43,746 nt of DNA from a virus. Taxonomy: Duplodnaviria; Caudoviricetes. Numbering within the stretch: position 1 is the stretch's first letter; each line of letters opens with the position of its first letter. Under the pieces are notes generated by a model that saw only the letters and a program-made list of their open reading frames with translations, did no database searches and was not told the DNA's origin. The translations under genes and the position numbers were made by a program. The stretch is taken from positions 1 to 43,746 of the IMG/VR virus record IMGVR_UViG_3300030095_001128. One strand, written 5' to 3'. This document shows positions 42,511-43,746 of the stretch, piece by piece.

Positions 42511-43746
42511 TTAATTGTGTTCTAAGTTAAACAAAGCATGAGACTCAGAAAGACTTACTTCTAAACCAGCTTCGGTTAGAATCATGTCTTTTCTCAAATC
42601 CTCATCAGCACCTTGAACGTTGGTCATAACCTGTGTATCACGGTTAATTCCATTTCCAATCAAAGGACGATAAGAAACCTGACTCATGTCAGCCATTAGC
42701 ATATACCCAGCCGCAATTCCTCTAAAAAGTGGCTCTTTAACAAGGTTAAGTGTTCCGTGAATAGTATCAATTACCATTACGGAGTGACCGAAAGCACCAT
42801 TCCTAGTTGTCATGTCCATTCTGTAATTATTAGCAGAATGACCCATAGAAGCATCTAAGAATTTTCCATCGCCTAACTTGTTAAAAAACGTAATCACTGG
42901 TAAGGAACACAAGACTAGCTTGTCAGAAGCACCACCACGAGCAGGGTCAAAGATTACTTCAAGATCGCTAAGCAATCTATCGTAAGTCATTTCTGCCTGT
43001 GCAACACTTCGATAGTATGAACTACCTGAGCTATAGCTAAAGTCATCCGTATTTACAACTGGATTTACATTTTTAAGGATGTGACCTACAATTCCTTCAG
43101 AATATTGAATGCCACCTTGACGAGCTTTTTGACCGAAGAGCATAGCTCTTTCAATGTCAATTTTATGCTCACGTAGTTTGTCAGCCCATAGTCTACTCCA
43201 CTCGTCTGCATACCCACGATAGCGAGTTGCATACGCTGTGTTTGTCATCTCAGCGGCTGTCTTAAAAATCTGGGTATACCCATAATTATCTTCAAGCTCT
43301 GTTGAGAAAACGTCAGGAGAACCAGAACCTTCCTCGAAGGAAGTACCGATTATCTGAGCCACATCGTCATCGGCAAGAACATTATATCCAGAAACGTTTG
43401 CGTTCGAGACATCAATAATCTTACCTGTGAATGAAGTGTCGCTACTACCATGTGTTACTGCTGAATCAACTCTAACAATTACCTGTCCAATTCCTACGTC
43501 ACCTGTACGGGATGCGGTTTGAACAGCAATCACCATTCCTTTTAAAAGGTACTCAACAGCGGCTCCACCAGCAGTGTCAACAGTAAAACTGTATGAAGTA
43601 CCAGCGGCAACTGTACCAACTGCCCCTTTTAATTTTAGTGAACGATCTGTAAAGTTGATTTTATTGCGATTTTCCAAGTAACGAAATACTGGATCATCGG
43701 TAGGTGCTTTGGCTACTTGAGAAAGATACACGAAGAATGGAGATTC
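42511..43746 (-). CDS. Major capsid protein (SU10/DUF5309-like), allele B, N-terminus lies in 473-610
   Basis: IIGTSFEEGS, GYTQIFKTA, EHKIDIERAMLFG and DMILTEAGLEV motifs. Confidence 0.92.
   Translation of the reverse strand, partial: ESPFFVYLSQVAKAPTDDPVFRYLENRNKINFTDRSLKLKGAVGTVAAGTSYSFTVDTAGGAAVEYLLKGMVIAVQTASRTGDVGIGQVIVRVDSAVTHGSSDTSFTGKIIDVSNANVSGYNVLADDDVAQIIGTSFEEGSGSPDVFSTELEDNYGYTQIFKTAAEMTNTAYATRYRGYADEWSRLWADKLREHKIDIERAMLFGQKARQGGIQYSEGIVGHILKNVNPVVNTDDFSYSSGSSYYRSVAQAEMTYDRLLSDLEVIFDPARGGASDKLVLCSLPVITFFNKLGDGKFLDASMGHSANNYRMDMTTRNGAFGHSVMVIDTIHGTLNLVKEPLFRGIAAGYMLMADMSQVSYRPLIGNGINRDTQVMTNVQGADEDLRKDMILTEAGLEVSLSESHALFNLEHN
43284..43746. repeat. Imperfect terminal overlap, copy 2 (matches 1-472)
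   Basis: Identical 77 and 80 bp ends with a diverged interior. Confidence 0.95.

Noticed and set aside
1448-43731. Genome-wide TAG recoding
   Set aside because: Long genes are intact in the standard code and TAG ends genes normally (e.g. the portal). Only two in-frame junctions were seen.
43284-43746. Terminal overlap read as the biological direct terminal repeat or as a second capsid gene
   Set aside because: It falls mid-gene, has k-mer-sized identical anchors and a diverged interior, which fits an assembly bubble on a circular contig.
1-43746. Host assignment
   Set aside because: No host-derived marker gene is visible. Strong GGAG RBS use argues weakly against Bacteroidota but does not identify a host.

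Overview
The window is an apparently complete, circularly permuted tailed-phage genome of about 43.3 kb, low GC, probably podovirus-like. The ends overlap inside the major capsid gene: 1-472 and 43284-43746 are two divergent alleles of the same segment with identical flanks of 77 and 80 bp. Two arms diverge from a non-coding block at 8402-9060. The + arm (9061-21153) holds a DUF932-like gene, about 40 small early or middle genes, two HNH genes, Cas4-like and other PD-(D/E)XK nucleases and SSB-like genes. The - arm (8401 down to 1, then 43746 down to 21143) holds TerS, a zincin-motif protein, TerL, an M15 endolysin, portal, scaffold, an SU10/DUF5309-like capsid, adaptors, a spike base, a long fibre, small membrane/lysis genes, a nozzle and three internal virion proteins. 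I recognised no DNA polymerase, primase, helicase, integrase, sigma factor, RNA polymerase, tRNA or CRISPR array. The most striking unexplained signal is six copies of an ECF-sigma-type promoter (GGAAC-N17/18-GT[AT]) heading the early gene clusters, with no sigma gene in the genome. Other signals are iteron-like repeats, several structured RNA candidates, a shared (Y/M)xxGG motif in virion cargo-like proteins and split structural genes. All family calls are by-eye motif recognition, not database searches. The host cannot be determined.
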